From: a virus | Reading direction: 5' to 3' (one strand) | IMG/VR virus record: IMGVR_UViG_3300048444_000173 | Span: 1-64,000 of that record | Length of the DNA: 64,000 nucleotides | Part shown: positions 41,895 through 53,419 of the stretch, piece after piece | Position numbering within the stretch: position 1 is the first letter of the stretch | How the letters are laid out: each line of letters begins with the position of its first letter | Notes under the pieces: model-generated | What the model saw: the letters and a program-made list of their open reading frames with translations, nothing else | What the model was told of the DNA's origin: nothing | The model's database searches: none | Program-made: the position numbers and the translations under genes

Positions 41895-42999
41895 TTAATG
41901 CTCCTTCTCAATATGCGTATTAAACTTCTTAGAATAACGTGTAATAAACCTTGCTGTGCGTAATACAGCGTAACATACTCCTACAGATAATATCAACCAT
42001 AGTGGCAGGAAGAATATTGTTAATGCTGTTACAGCTAACACGGCAAAGAACTTAGCACAGAACATCACTTCTATAACACTACGCCTAACTGTTTTAGTCT
42101 GTCCTTTTAGCTCCTTAGCTATTCTACGTAAAGAGCTGACTCTATAATCACCCTCACAGTCAGCATATCCACTCCCAACTATATTTCTAACTAGCCTGTG
42201 GATTATCGGGTCACTCTTCATAACCCATCCTCTATGTGAACCATGCCATTTTAATATTCTTTCTAATGATAGTCCCACATCAACTTGCTTCTCATAAGAT
42301 AATGCCGACCTAATCACCCGCCTTTGTTCTTTGTCCTCATTAACGTAACGTAAAGCATAATCAATGACAGTATCAATAAAGGCCAGAACAATACACGCGA
42401 GAGGAATAGCAACAGCAATAGCGCCAACCAGAATACCGATGACCTCTTGAGTAGAGTGTTGCATAATCCACGCAAATAAATTATCCACTTCATACATTTC
42501 TTACCTCCTATTGGGGCATATTTCAGCCCCATTGTTATTGCTTGGGTGGTCGTCAGACCTACCACTTAACGTCGTAATCGTCTTTGTCAGCATTTTCATG
42601 CAGCTTCTCTAAGTGCTTATCAAATTTACTCTTAAGCGTATAAGCAAAACGTGCTGTGAACAATACCCCTGCAATAACTCCTACCAAGATATATACCCAA
42701 ACTGGTGTGTGCCAGATAACTAAACCAATAGTTCCACCGAAAGCTGCTGCACCAAGTGACAGGAAGATGTGCATAAGTGAACCTGCTATCCAGTCACCCA
42801 AATCTGGGGAGTTTCCACAAAGTGACCTCACAACAGTATACTCATACAAATATGTCTTAGTATTCTCACCACGAGTAACAAAGCCAGTGATACCGCCACT
42901 CAATATCGTCACAATCAAAGGTGTCAGTACAATTAGCCCAAGTGTTACACCAACAACTGTTGCGAATACATCTCTACTTCCAAAAATCATCTCTAACAT
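41895..42999 (-). CDS. Two related membrane proteins (41895-42497, 42559-42999)
   Basis: Multiple TM segments; shared C-terminal TARF...KF..H.EK.H. Confidence 0.6.
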
Positions 43000-43016
43000 A
43001 ATTACTTCCTCCTAAA

Positions 43017-43421
43017 TTATTTATTACTGTCATCTTCAACAAGCTCACTACGCAAGTTGAAGTCAGGCACAATTACATCTGGTTTAAATGTAACACGATA
43101 ATTATATGTGCTAATATCATGTGCTGTCAACTGTTCTGAGAAGTATGTCACGTTATCAGATAACCCTAGCATATGTTTAACATACTTCCCTTCATCGTTC
43201 TTACATGTAAATGATACACTATTACCACTGTTCTGAACAGAGCATAATCCTTGCACAGATAGGATATAATCACCCGTTATGCCATTATAGAATACTACTC
43301 TGCGTGGAATCTCAAAGTTATCTGCTGCCTTAGATAAGTTGCGAGATGCTACGTCAGCGTCATCACAACCAGTTAATGCCAATGTAGAACCCAATACAGC
43401 CGTTGCTAATAATTTCTTCAT
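43017..43421 (-). CDS. Phage lipoprotein
   Basis: Lipobox LTGC followed by DADVASRNLSKAADNFEI.RRVVFYNGIT. Confidence 0.75.
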   Translation of the reverse strand: MKKLLATAVLGSTLALTGCDDADVASRNLSKAADNFEIPRRVVFYNGITGDYILSVQGLCSVQNSGNSVSFTCKNDEGKYVKHMLGLSDNVTYFSEQLTAHDISTYNYRVTFKPDVIVPDFNLRSELVEDDSNK

Positions 43422-43568
43422 ATTATTCCATCCCCTCTATTTCTGCTTCTAATTCTTCAACCTTATCTTCTAACTCACTAATCTCACTTAGATGTTCCTT
43501 TTCCATGTCTTTGACGAAGTCCTCTATTGCCCAAACCATCGACAAGGTATCATTGAAACGATATTCTT

Positions 43569-46375
43569 TCATAAATGCTCCTCCAATATCTCCGTTGCTA
43601 AATTACGCATATCTGAATAACTGAATATATCACGTTGGTATTTCTCTTGCAACACTTCATTTGGAATAACCATTAAGGCATTAGTGAGGTCATCAATCTG
43701 ATGCCTCTTTCTCTCTGCTTCAGCTAGTCCCCGAAACCATTGCTTTAAACCCTCTTTGTCGAAGTTGTCTGTTACATACACTACTGGAATGGTTAGGACA
43801 ATCACTTCTTTGTTATCCTCGTAAGGCTCACAATATTCCACAGTAACCATGACATACTCCATTCTCCCTGATTGTTGTACATTGGTAATGTCACCAAATC
43901 TCAACGTAGCGTCACACAAGTCATTGTTCTCACTGTCCTCTGCTAGAGTATTCATAATACCCTTTAGCGTACTGTACATCCAATCTTCGGTGTTAAAGTA
44001 TTGCTGTATATTCATACATCATCCTTATTCATAGCACTGTCTATTGCCCAGCCACACATTCCACCAATAATTGCCCATAATATCTGAACAACTATAAAGC
44101 CCAATGTCAGACCAAATGTATTCCATTGTCTTATGTCCAAAACAATAGCAACAAGTATACCACCAACTATCATGCCCACCACTGCGCCAACAATTACGGC
44201 GTATAATTTACGATAAAGAGTTTTCATCTATCACCTCCTCTAACCTACGCTTATTCTCATCAGCAAAACGCATGAGTATAGTCTTACGCTCTACTTTAGC
44301 CACCTCGTCGTATCTGTCCAATAACTCCAGTTGTTTATGCGTGAGGTGTCCATAAATTTGTCCATTATCATCTACGACATAACAACTATTCTTGAATCTG
44401 TATTCTTTCACAAGTGTGCCTCCATTTCCCGTAATAACTAGCCCTATCTGGTAATTGTAGCGCAACAGTAGCAGGAACGTCAAGCGTCTGTTTATGCCCA
44501 AGTAGGTCGGTGTAATTTACAGCAACATTTCCTTTGTCAAAATCTGTCACCGTAACATTGGCATGAACACTCGGAACAATGTAATTTTGCACAAGTATTA
44601 GCGCAGAAACAAAGCCCAAAGCGAATAGGCTAAGGACTAGGGTGATGCACCTCATTGTTTAGTCTCCAGCAGGCGATAGATTTTGTCAATGATTTCTTCG
44701 ACCTCAATATAATCCCTATCTGCGCCGTAAATGAAAACCCTACTGCGCCCATCTATCTCAACAACCCTCTCTATGTCATCTACTTGCAGAATAACACGTT
44801 TGCCATCAAGTAGCGTCAATTTAATAAACTTACTCATATTATTTACCCTCCACTTTGTCAGGAAACTCTGCCACAATCTCTTCTAATGCTTCTAGGAATG
44901 ATTTTACGTCATGTTCTTCCTTTGCTTCATTAGCAATCTCGTAATGTAATATTCCCACTAACGCTTGCTTGAGTGTACCGTAATAACGCTCAATGCTACG
45001 ATGCCCTGCTTCCCTAACCTTACCCTTGTGTACGCCACTTTGTATAGTTTCCTGTTCAAACCAGCGTTCAGGGATGTAGTTGTAAGGGTCTGTGCGAATA
45101 CGCCATTTGTCGTTAATTGTAATCATACTTATAACTCCCGTTTTGCTATTGGGGTTATGTCATCAAAGTCACATAAGTCTGTACGAAAACTCCACACCTG
45201 CCCAAAGTCGTCATGTTCATAAGTGTAGTTGTACTTATTGTAGTATGCTGTACTCCCACAATCTTTCACTTTACCATACATAGTAGCCCACTCTGGTGCT
45301 CCTGACCAATCTACACCAGTAGAACTTGCTTCCACACTTTCCTGCGCCATATTTTCAGAATTTTCGCACTTTTCTGCACCTGAGTTATTCTGCTCATGAT
45401 ATTGCGCCATAATTGTCAGTGCTTGTGTCAGACTGTCACACTCTACGGTGAAACTCTGCGAACAATCCCCTGCGTACTCATTTACTGTAATCTTAATCAT
45501 AGTTATGTCCTCCTAATGCTACTCCATCAAACGATATTAAATTTGGTGCATACATCTGCTTGTCCACTGTGCTGATATTAAATTTATCAGAGTAGCACAC
45601 ATCCGTCAATGATACACCATGATTTTCTTGGATATAATCATGTGCTTCTTGTAACACTTGACGAATACTCTTAACTTGTTGTGTCATAATTCTCCTCCCA
45701 ATACTCTACTGTAATCTTGTGCATAATATCTGATACATATTTTGGTGTAAAGGTCTTATTCAAAGATAACATATCCTTCAATTTAGTTCCAATACGCCAG
45801 TGGTCAAATATCAACTGTTCATCTCTGTTCATATCCATTCGTCTATCCTCTTAATATAATTATCAATCATTTCCTGTACCTCTTCTTCGGACAACTCACC
45901 ATTACCAATTCGATGTGCATAGCTCCAGTTCCGTATCAGTTCCACAGCTTCACCAACTTTAGCGTTATTCATGCTAATACAATAGAGTTGAATTTGGTGG
46001 AAGAATCGCTCGTAAATCTCGACCTTCTTTTTATCAGAATATTTACTCTGCATCTTCACCACCACTTCCATGCCACGGACAACTCATGTTGTAATATCTA
46101 CGTCCTGTACCTAGTGCGTCTAGCGAATCCATCTTGCCGCAAGTACACCCATCAACTTCCATCCAATATCTGTGGTAATTACTGTCCAGAGGAAATCCCC
46201 ACAATAACTGTAGCGCATATTCTATGCCCTCAATCACGTCATTACAATGCTGTGCGTCTTTGAAGTGTATATTAGGGCGTGATAGTAATTGCTCTAATTG
46301 CTTGTGCAATTCCTCTAGGGCAATAACTCTGCGCTCATCTAAGCCTTGCTTTTCTACTAAGTGTTCATTTAGCAT
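43569..46375 (-). CDS. Cluster of about ten small hypothetical genes, including 43569-44015, 44839-45126, 45129-45500 and 46043-46375 (GCTC..MD motif)
   Basis: Coupled leftward ORFs with GGAG RBSs. Confidence 0.5.
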
Positions 46376-46378
46376 AGA

Positions 46379-47326
46379 TTAAAATTCCTCATTATATTTT
46401 CCAACATCAATCACGTTCGGCATATTGATCAAATTCCAGAACCGAATCATCTGGCGACGGTCATCTAGTACAGCACTTACGTTATAAATACCTTTGATGT
46501 GTTTTTGGTACAACTCATATTTAACAATATCATCCTTGCGCTTGTCATTAGGGTTCCTCATGTGCAAATCCCACTCAATATCTTCATGCCAATCGTTTGT
46601 GATATTATTCTCAATCCATTCTAGCGTATCATCATAACAAATGCCATCACGTCCAGATAAGAATGTTACATGACCTGTACGAAAGGCTAGTCCTTCGAGC
46701 ATAGAAATAATTTCGTAGCGAGGGCGGTCTAATCCAACCTTATTCCACTCAAATGGCTTACGAATACCTTTCATGTCCGCAACTGTACCATCAATGTCAC
46801 AAATAATTGTTTGGTCTAGGCTGGGGTCATCACAATACTGCTCAAATTCACCAAATTGCTCGTTATACCGCTTATATTGCGACCATAGTATTGACTCAGA
46901 TAACCCACCCTCACGTTGAGCGTTACGTTTAACTAATTCCTCCCAAGAACAAGGGAATAACTTTTCCTCATACTCATAACCATTCTTCTCAGCAAATTCC
47001 TTCCACTTGTTGCGGATTTTGGGATTGAGGTTAGTATCAGAAACAATGATGTTCTTATTATTCGCAACAGCTTCTTGTGCCATCTTATCAATGACCCCTG
47101 TAACCTTGTTCTCATTACTACGCTTGAACTTATACTGAGCCCAGTCACGAACGCCGTCACAGAATAGCTCAAAACGTACGTCATCACGATTTAAGTTTCG
47201 CCAGTTATTATAGCTGACTGGTTGGTCTAAGACTGTATCACGCACTTCTTGCTGTTCAATAAATTCCTCAGCCCAAGTTGTTTTACCTGAACCACTTGCG
47301 GCAATAGTTAAGATTAATTTCTTCAT
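46379..47326 (-). CDS. pseT: Polynucleotide 5'-kinase / 3'-phosphatase (T4 PseT-like)
   Basis: ASGSGKTT P-loop, NRDD.R, DTNLN; HAD motifs DIDGT, SGR, R.D..VK, DDR. Confidence 0.92.
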   Translation of the reverse strand: MKKLILTIAASGSGKTTWAEEFIEQQEVRDTVLDQPVSYNNWRNLNRDDVRFELFCDGVRDWAQYKFKRSNENKVTGVIDKMAQEAVANNKNIIVSDTNLNPKIRNKWKEFAEKNGYEYEEKLFPCSWEELVKRNAQREGGLSESILWSQYKRYNEQFGEFEQYCDDPSLDQTIICDIDGTVADMKGIRKPFEWNKVGLDRPRYEIISMLEGLAFRTGHVTFLSGRDGICYDDTLEWIENNITNDWHEDIEWDLHMRNPNDKRKDDIVKYELYQKHIKGIYNVSAVLDDRRQMIRFWNLINMPNVIDVGKYNEEF

Positions 47327-47997
47327 AAACTTTCCCTCCAGTTGTTGTAATAGTAAACCTGCGCTAATTCTAACTCAGGTATGTCCTTCGCACCGACACA
47401 ATATTTACTCATGTGACGAAACACATAAGGTTCTACACAATTTGGTAATTGTTTTGATGCTTCTCTCATGTTTTTATACTGTTGTTCTAAATCATCGCCC
47501 GTCTCAAAACTCACAGAGAAATACTCCAACATGTCTTGTACCCACTCAGCATAGGCAGTTGACCACTTTATCTTCTTAAGCCTTTCGTCACCAGATAGTT
47601 TCTTAGCTTGCTTATAGTCCCTTTGCGCCACACCAATTAAAGATTTAGCAAGTTTGTATGAGTACAGTTCCCCGATGCCAATAAAATTGAGAATACTATA
47701 CATAAACTCTGGTAACTTCTTGTTTGACGCTATTATTTCAAAAAGTATAGTGCTGCTGCCTGTTACTAATCCATTGATCAAGCACCGAGGTGTTGCATAC
47801 ACAAAGTCCTCCCCATTGGTTTCATCTTTGTAGAAAAAGAAATGGTCGTTATTGTGTAGAGCGCCATCCATCTGAATATTTGGCTCCACCACACATAACC
47901 AATCCCTGTCCTTACCGTTAGGATTTCCAAACTCAATCTTTTCTATTACATATTTGTCCAACTTGTTCTTAAAACACTCTGTTATTTTAATGTTCAT
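47323..47997 (-). CDS. Putative Pol-beta-fold nucleotidyltransferase-like protein (RlaP-like)
   Basis: FG-x5-DRD-W-hhh resembles the hG[S]..DxD motif; later D; G.STI.FE and G.A.RD.K; sits between ligase and Pnkp. Confidence 0.45.
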   Translation of the reverse strand: MNIKITECFKNKLDKYVIEKIEFGNPNGKDRDWLCVVEPNIQMDGALHNNDHFFFYKDETNGEDFVYATPRCLINGLVTGSSTILFEIIASNKKLPEFMYSILNFIGIGELYSYKLAKSLIGVAQRDYKQAKKLSGDERLKKIKWSTAYAEWVQDMLEYFSVSFETGDDLEQQYKNMREASKQLPNCVEPYVFRHMSKYCVGAKDIPELELAQVYYYNNWRESL

Positions 47998-49076
47998 ACA
48001 AATTCCTCCAATAGTCGGTACTGTGCCTTTCTGTTCAGCTTGTAAAAATATTGGTGTGGTTCACCACCCTTACTTCTCATGCTAAATAAAAGCGGGGAAT
48101 ATGGCTTCTTCAATGCTTTATAAGCGAAATCCTTCTGTTCCACAGTATCTTTAATTCTTTCATAGTAACTGTAGCAACTAACAAACAAATAATCAAGAGC
48201 ATCCATATAAGGCTGAAACAAATCCTTGTCCTCTGGGAATATAGCTAAGTATTCATCCTGCTCATTCTCAATAACCAAGTCCATAATCCGTTTAGGTGTT
48301 GGTACACCCTCTCCACGAATCTTATGTGCTGAGACATAGGCAGGATTCTTAACCTTGAGGACAGGAACACCTTGTTTAGTATATAGCACATAACCTTCTT
48401 CTAAATTAGGTAACTCAGAAGCGTTGCGTACACACTCGCTAATACTACTGAACCCATACTTGCGTGGAGAATCCCACTGACTACTTACATCGACGTATTC
48501 ACCTGTACTATTCACACGTTCTGCAAGAATATACAGCTTCTCTTCGTCATATTTTGTCACAACTCGATTCCACTGACTTACTAATTCAAGGATATATGTA
48601 ACACCTTTTGCTAATAGTGCTGTATCAATGTGTTGCAGATTACGCTCAATAAGGTCTGTCCACGTTAAGTCGTGACCATTTATGCCCATATCTTTAGGCA
48701 TAATCATAGAGCGAGTACGATACAACCAACCATATTTGTCGTTATACCACAACCCAATCAGACTACCGTCGATCTTTTCGTGTGCTACTAGCTGAGTAAT
48801 ATCATAGTTATGCTCAACCTCCCCATGATTAAAGAATCGGTCAAAACTACGACTTTCCACAACAAATTCACCAGAATCTTCTTGGCGCAACACTAGGCTA
48901 CGACATTCCTGCACAATATCCTCCAGTTTAGGACTGGCAATTTGGTCATAGTTTAGCACAAACAAGTCAGGATAATCTTCATTCTGGCTAACTTTGATAC
49001 CATACTTTTCTTTCAACCGATCTAACCCGTATTCATTTACATAATCAACTGCCAGCATTATCAAACTCCTCTTCAA
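47994..49076 (-). CDS. RNA ligase (T4 Rnl1-like)
   Basis: ECR.LVL, FDRFFN.GE, EKIDGS, ELVS..NRVV, EGYV, KVK. Confidence 0.9.
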   Translation of the reverse strand: MKRSLIMLAVDYVNEYGLDRLKEKYGIKVSQNEDYPDLFVLNYDQIASPKLEDIVQECRSLVLRQEDSGEFVVESRSFDRFFNHGEVEHNYDITQLVAHEKIDGSLIGLWYNDKYGWLYRTRSMIMPKDMGINGHDLTWTDLIERNLQHIDTALLAKGVTYILELVSQWNRVVTKYDEEKLYILAERVNSTGEYVDVSSQWDSPRKYGFSSISECVRNASELPNLEEGYVLYTKQGVPVLKVKNPAYVSAHKIRGEGVPTPKRIMDLVIENEQDEYLAIFPEDKDLFQPYMDALDYLFVSCYSYYERIKDTVEQKDFAYKALKKPYSPLLFSMRSKGGEPHQYFYKLNRKAQYRLLEEFV

Positions 49077-49612
49077 ATTCCTCTAGCGTAATAATTTCAA
49101 TATCAACATCGTCCTTAGAGTTTTCCTTAACTTGCTCTAACCAACCACCAGCGTATAAGCTCATGCCATACATCTTCTCATCTACTTCGTAAACACTACC
49201 GCTACCACCGTAGAAGCGTATTTTGCCATTATCAGTACGTTCATATTTCTCTACACCACTATTAAGCCGATAATAATCACCAGAAGCAAAGCCACCATAC
49301 CATGTCCCCATGACTCGGTAATGAACTTCACCATCTTCTACGTCTGTAATTCTTACCATAACATATTTATCTGGATAATATTCACTCATAATCACTCCTC
49401 CTGTATTTTTGACCTATTATTCCGTCATAATTTCATTATTGCACAGTTTGACGCAAATCTTTGTCAAAACTATCTCTGTTCCAATACTTAGACGTATCCC
49501 CTTTGCGATAATCCTTGTCCTTAGATTTCACCACTGTTCCCTCAAAGGTATTTTTACCTGTTCTCTTGCTAAATTTTACTGTCAATGTCTTTTGTCTATT
49601 GCTCAGAAGCAT
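49045..49612 (-). CDS. Two hypothetical genes (49045-about 49389; 49436-49612)
   Basis: W.GG...GD..RLNSG..F.G.SGS.Y motif recurrent in phages; second ORF (58 aa) has RBS AGGAGG. Confidence 0.55.
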
Positions 49613-49731
49613 AATTTCCTCCTATTTCATGCCTAAATCAACCGTCAGCTTATTTATGTCCTATAACCTATGCCATCGTATTGCTAAAGTAATTTAGCCT
49701 AGCTCACGGCTCTGTCAGGCTTGCACATACG

Positions 49732-49792
49732 AAAAAAGGCACAGGAATAAACCCATGCCTTTGATTGTAATTGATGATTGAGAGTATGTCAA
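49732..49792 (-). promoter_or_regulatory. Sigma70 promoter overlapping the thyX terminator
   Basis: Minus strand TTGACA-17 bp-TACAAT, immediately followed by AAAGGCATGGG/CCTGTGCCTTT plus T run. Confidence 0.7.
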
Positions 49793-49796
49793 GCTA

Positions 49797-50468
49797 TTAT
49801 TTAGTTAAAGCGTCCCAACCAACACGGAAATCGTCAGGAATTTGTTGCTCAAGCTCTTTAGCAAACTCTTGCGCCTCTAATTGTGCGTCAGGTTTAGCAC
49901 GTAAGTTATAAACATGAGCGAATGCCAGCAAATTACCTGTCCAAATCCATGTTACGAGCATTGATTGTGGTAATACCATTCGAGCCATTTCTGGGGCTAC
50001 GTTTGCTTCTAACATTCGCTCATATAAGTCGATGCAGTCATCAATATGCTCACCGTAAGCAACCTCTGGTGGCATCATATATTCGTCTGATAGTTGTGGC
50101 AACCGTATTTGTTCAACATATTCTTCGCCACTACCCTGCTTAATACTCTTGTCGGGACGACTACGCCACTTCTCTGGCTCATAAAACCCAACAGGTTCAT
50201 CAAGGTAACGCATAGACATTTCATTCCATGTGAGTCCGACCTGATGTTTCATCAACTGCCTTGCTAAGAAAATTGGAGCAGTACACCGAAACTGTAAACA
50301 ATTATGACGAAAAGGTGTGATGTGTTGGTTTCGACCTAAGAAATCGACCAATTTAGCATCTTTTTCGTCAAATTCTTCCTTCCATTTGTTGAATGAAGTT
50401 CGGGCAGAGTTCACAATAGATAAATCACCACCCATACTATCGACTAATTCTACGCTAATTCCTTTCAT
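49797..50468 (-). CDS. thyX: Flavin-dependent thymidylate synthase
   Basis: IVNSAR.SF, H.TPF.H, ARQLMKH...NE.S.RY, PE.ARMVLP, AQ.E. Confidence 0.92.
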   Translation of the reverse strand: MKGISVELVDSMGGDLSIVNSARTSFNKWKEEFDEKDAKLVDFLGRNQHITPFRHNCLQFRCTAPIFLARQLMKHQVGLTWNEMSMRYLDEPVGFYEPEKWRSRPDKSIKQGSGEEYVEQIRLPQLSDEYMMPPEVAYGEHIDDCIDLYERMLEANVAPEMARMVLPQSMLVTWIWTGNLLAFAHVYNLRAKPDAQLEAQEFAKELEQQIPDDFRVGWDALTK

Positions 50469-51004
50469 AACAACTCCTCCAATGTCTCAATGTACTCAAC
50501 TTTGTCCAATCCTTTATTATAAGGATATTCAATCGCAATTACACGCTCGATTCCTGCGTCTAACCCTTCTTGTAAATGTTTAGGACTATCATCAACGAAA
50601 ATGTCAGGCTTAATCTCTTCCAAAATCTCTTGCTTAGACTCTTGCATACCCAACAGGAACACATTATTCAGGTCAAGCCCTAATAATACATTCTTGCGCC
50701 GAGTATTGGCTACTTCATCGTCAGAATAGCTCGAAATAACCACAATATCGTATTTTTTCTGTAATTTTGGCAATAAATCACGCAAATATCCATAGACAGG
50801 AGGGTGTTCAGAGCGATTATACTGGCGAATCAGGCTAGTGAACTCATGCTCAAGCATTTGCGTGAACCATTTACTCATGTTGTGCGTATCAAATTTACTG
50901 TTGATATTTAAGCCATAGCCTTGCTTAATAGCAAAGCCAATAAATCCGCTAGCGTAATCGAACAATACTTGGTCGCCGTCTAGGGCTAGTAGTTTTTTAC
51001 TCAT
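50465..51004 (-). CDS. HAD-family 5'(3')-deoxyribonucleotidase-like protein
   Basis: ALDGDQVL, SK, FVDDSP, PYN. Confidence 0.75.
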   Translation of the reverse strand: MSKKLLALDGDQVLFDYASGFIGFAIKQGYGLNINSKFDTHNMSKWFTQMLEHEFTSLIRQYNRSEHPPVYGYLRDLLPKLQKKYDIVVISSYSDDEVANTRRKNVLLGLDLNNVFLLGMQESKQEILEEIKPDIFVDDSPKHLQEGLDAGIERVIAIEYPYNKGLDKVEYIETLEELL

Positions 51005-51219
51005 TCATCCTCCAATTTATACGTAAATGTTGCCCCATTCTCACAAACTAATTCATCGTCACGGTCATACGACTGTAATTCTGAACCAATATCTGTGCAA
51101 TAATTCTCAATTTTGTGTTCGATTGGTGATAAGTTAGCATTATCATAAACATTAGCACCAAGAATAAATCCACAGGATAAGAACATAAACACCATTAGAG
51201 ATATACCACTGTCACTCAT
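51001..51219 (-). CDS. Small membrane-anchored hypothetical protein
   Basis: N-terminal hydrophobic helix; coupled to neighbours. Confidence 0.5.
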   Translation of the reverse strand: MSDSGISLMVFMFLSCGFILGANVYDNANLSPIEHKIENYCTDIGSELQSYDRDDELVCENGATFTYKLEDE

Positions 51220-51893
51220 ACCTCACCCTCCTTTGTCCATTCACTAATAACATCATCACACTTAGCAATAAATTCCTCAAGTGTCCCGTCATTATACACA
51301 TCAACGGTATTCTTGACAACCCCATCTGGCACATATTGGCGTGAATCTCCGTCAAAATCACCTCTACCCTTGATTCGGATAAGAAGGATATTGTCCATAC
51401 CAATCCGAGCAATCGCTGGCTTAATTTCATCGGCAGTACCAAAGCAGCTGTCATCAATGTAGATATTATCGCCATTAAGTGTCGCTGCTCGACATTTGCC
51501 GAAGTAATCCTTGCCGAATAATGGCTTACAGATTAGCTCAGATACATAAATGAGGCTTTCTCGCACCGATAACGCTGTGCGAGGGCTACCGTTACGCTGA
51601 TTATGAGCAACAGATATAAGCAAGGTTTCTTTACCGAGTAATTTACCCAATTTATACGCCTCTTCATTTGGCACAGAGAATGCGGATAAAGGTGTTTCCT
51701 TAATATCTCGGTTCTCATATATCTCAAAGAACTCTTTCTCAGGAATATTGAACAGGTTTTGCGTCAATGTGAACAAGTGATCCTTACAGCGTGATTCGAT
51801 TAGACCATACTTACCTTTTAACACATTCACTATCTCCGTCTTACCTGCCCCAATAGGAGCAGACAAGAGGATTAGGCGTGGTTGTTGTGTCAT
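51216..51893 (-). CDS. Deoxynucleoside monophosphate kinase
   Basis: APIGAGK P-loop, KE.P, RE.LI..SE..KP.FG..YFG, FDGDSR, NDGTL. Confidence 0.8.
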   Translation of the reverse strand: MTQQPRLILLSAPIGAGKTEIVNVLKGKYGLIESRCKDHLFTLTQNLFNIPEKEFFEIYENRDIKETPLSAFSVPNEEAYKLGKLLGKETLLISVAHNQRNGSPRTALSVRESLIYVSELICKPLFGKDYFGKCRAATLNGDNIYIDDSCFGTADEIKPAIARIGMDNILLIRIKGRGDFDGDSRQYVPDGVVKNTVDVYNDGTLEEFIAKCDDVISEWTKEGEV

Positions 51894-52678
51894 AGACTTT
51901 CTCCAAGTTTATTTGCCTGAGATTGTAACTCAGCAATTTGACGCTGTAATTGTTCATATTCTTCTCGGCGTTTATCTGCTTCGTTATCACGTTTCCAGAT
52001 TAGTGTTAGGTTTTTATTAGTATGTTGTGTTAATAAATTTAATGCCACTGTTTGACTGGGGCATTCGATTTCATAAACACATTCGATGTTATCACTAACC
52101 TTTGGAAGAAGTTCCCACCCATTAAACTCTCCAACGTTTGCATACTTTACATTTAAATATAATAACGCGTCCCCCGCCAAAACCAATGCCTCTCTACCAT
52201 CTTTCATTTTAACAACGTGTTTACCCGCCTCTAGCTTAGGCATTTTATTTGACTGCATAGTAATTTCCTCCTCATTTACGTTGATTAGTTTTACTGAGTT
52301 AAATGCTTTTAAAAATCCATCTAAATTATATCTATGTGAAATTAATTCACCGCAATATACCCAGTGAGCGTTTTCGCCTATCTGATAATAAGCATGAATT
52401 AGTGATGAATCAGTCTTAAACAACCGACCAGTATCATCACCAGTGAGAATTTGAAGGTAGTGTACTTGTTTATGATTATGTTGGTTGAAATACTCTTGGT
52501 CAAAACCACCCTGAGTCATTTTTAATGAATCATCCACATATAAATATTTCTCGCCTTCATGTCTCACTGAAGCGCTCCCTGCGTATCTCCAACGAACACC
52601 ATGCTCAAACAATTTCTCCTGAACCATTCGGCTAATCTCTGGCGTAGGTACTTTCACCTTGATATTTCGATATTGCAT
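51890..52678 (-). CDS. Hypothetical protein
   Basis: Long ORF with RBS GGAGG. Confidence 0.55.
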   Translation of the reverse strand: MQYRNIKVKVPTPEISRMVQEKLFEHGVRWRYAGSASVRHEGEKYLYVDDSLKMTQGGFDQEYFNQHNHKQVHYLQILTGDDTGRLFKTDSSLIHAYYQIGENAHWVYCGELISHRYNLDGFLKAFNSVKLINVNEEEITMQSNKMPKLEAGKHVVKMKDGREALVLAGDALLYLNVKYANVGEFNGWELLPKVSDNIECVYEIECPSQTVALNLLTQHTNKNLTLIWKRDNEADKRREEYEQLQRQIAELQSQANKLGESL

Positions 52679-52870
52679 AATTTATCCCTCCAATTAAAAC
52701 TTATATTCAGCATATAACTTATTATTGCTCTCATAACACTGTGTCACTGGTTTAGGCTCAACACTTGGTGCATTAACTTGGTGATAACTCCACTCTAACC
52801 CTAGCGCAACAACAGCAGCGGTAACACTGACCAAAGCATAATTCAATAATTCTTTCAAGTCAATCCCTCC

Positions 52871-53416
52871 TTACAGAATAATTCCGTCAAAGTGTTTGTT
52901 GATAGCTATGGCGTGATTAGCTTGTGAAAGAGCGTCATCAATAGCTGAGTGGTGTGTACCAACTCGTTCAATCTTGGGCGCACCTTTTAGGTTCTTCCAC
53001 GTCCTGTAGCAAGCCTCATTCCAAAACTTCCAGAAAGGTTCTTGTCCACAAGCAAGGAAAGCATTCTCAAGGATACCTAAGTCAAAACGTGCCGAGTTAC
53101 CTACCATTGTAACGTTGTAGCTGTGTACGTTCTTGAACACGAAATTACGTAACTGTTGTAGTGCTTTATCAATGGGTACAGTTTTCTCATTAAATACTTT
53201 ACGAGCATCTTCGTCCTGCTTCATCCAGAACTGAATTGTGCTACCGATAACGGTCATACCTTTATCCAAGCAACTTTGTATATCTACTGGCACATAGAAT
53301 TTATCCTTAAATACCTTGTCAGCAGTAAATAGCACAACACCAATCGACGCAATAACCGCTGTGGGTTTTGTGTCCAAAGATTCTAGGTCAGTCATTCCGT
53401 AGATTTTATTTGCCAT
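52871..53416 (-). CDS. DEDDh 3'-5' exonuclease
   Basis: DLESL, SIG.V, GN..RFD..IL, H.A.DDA. Confidence 0.85.
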   Translation of the reverse strand: MANKIYGMTDLESLDTKPTAVIASIGVVLFTADKVFKDKFYVPVDIQSCLDKGMTVIGSTIQFWMKQDEDARKVFNEKTVPIDKALQQLRNFVFKNVHSYNVTMVGNSARFDLGILENAFLACGQEPFWKFWNEACYRTWKNLKGAPKIERVGTHHSAIDDALSQANHAIAINKHFDGIIL

Positions 53417-53419
53417 AAA

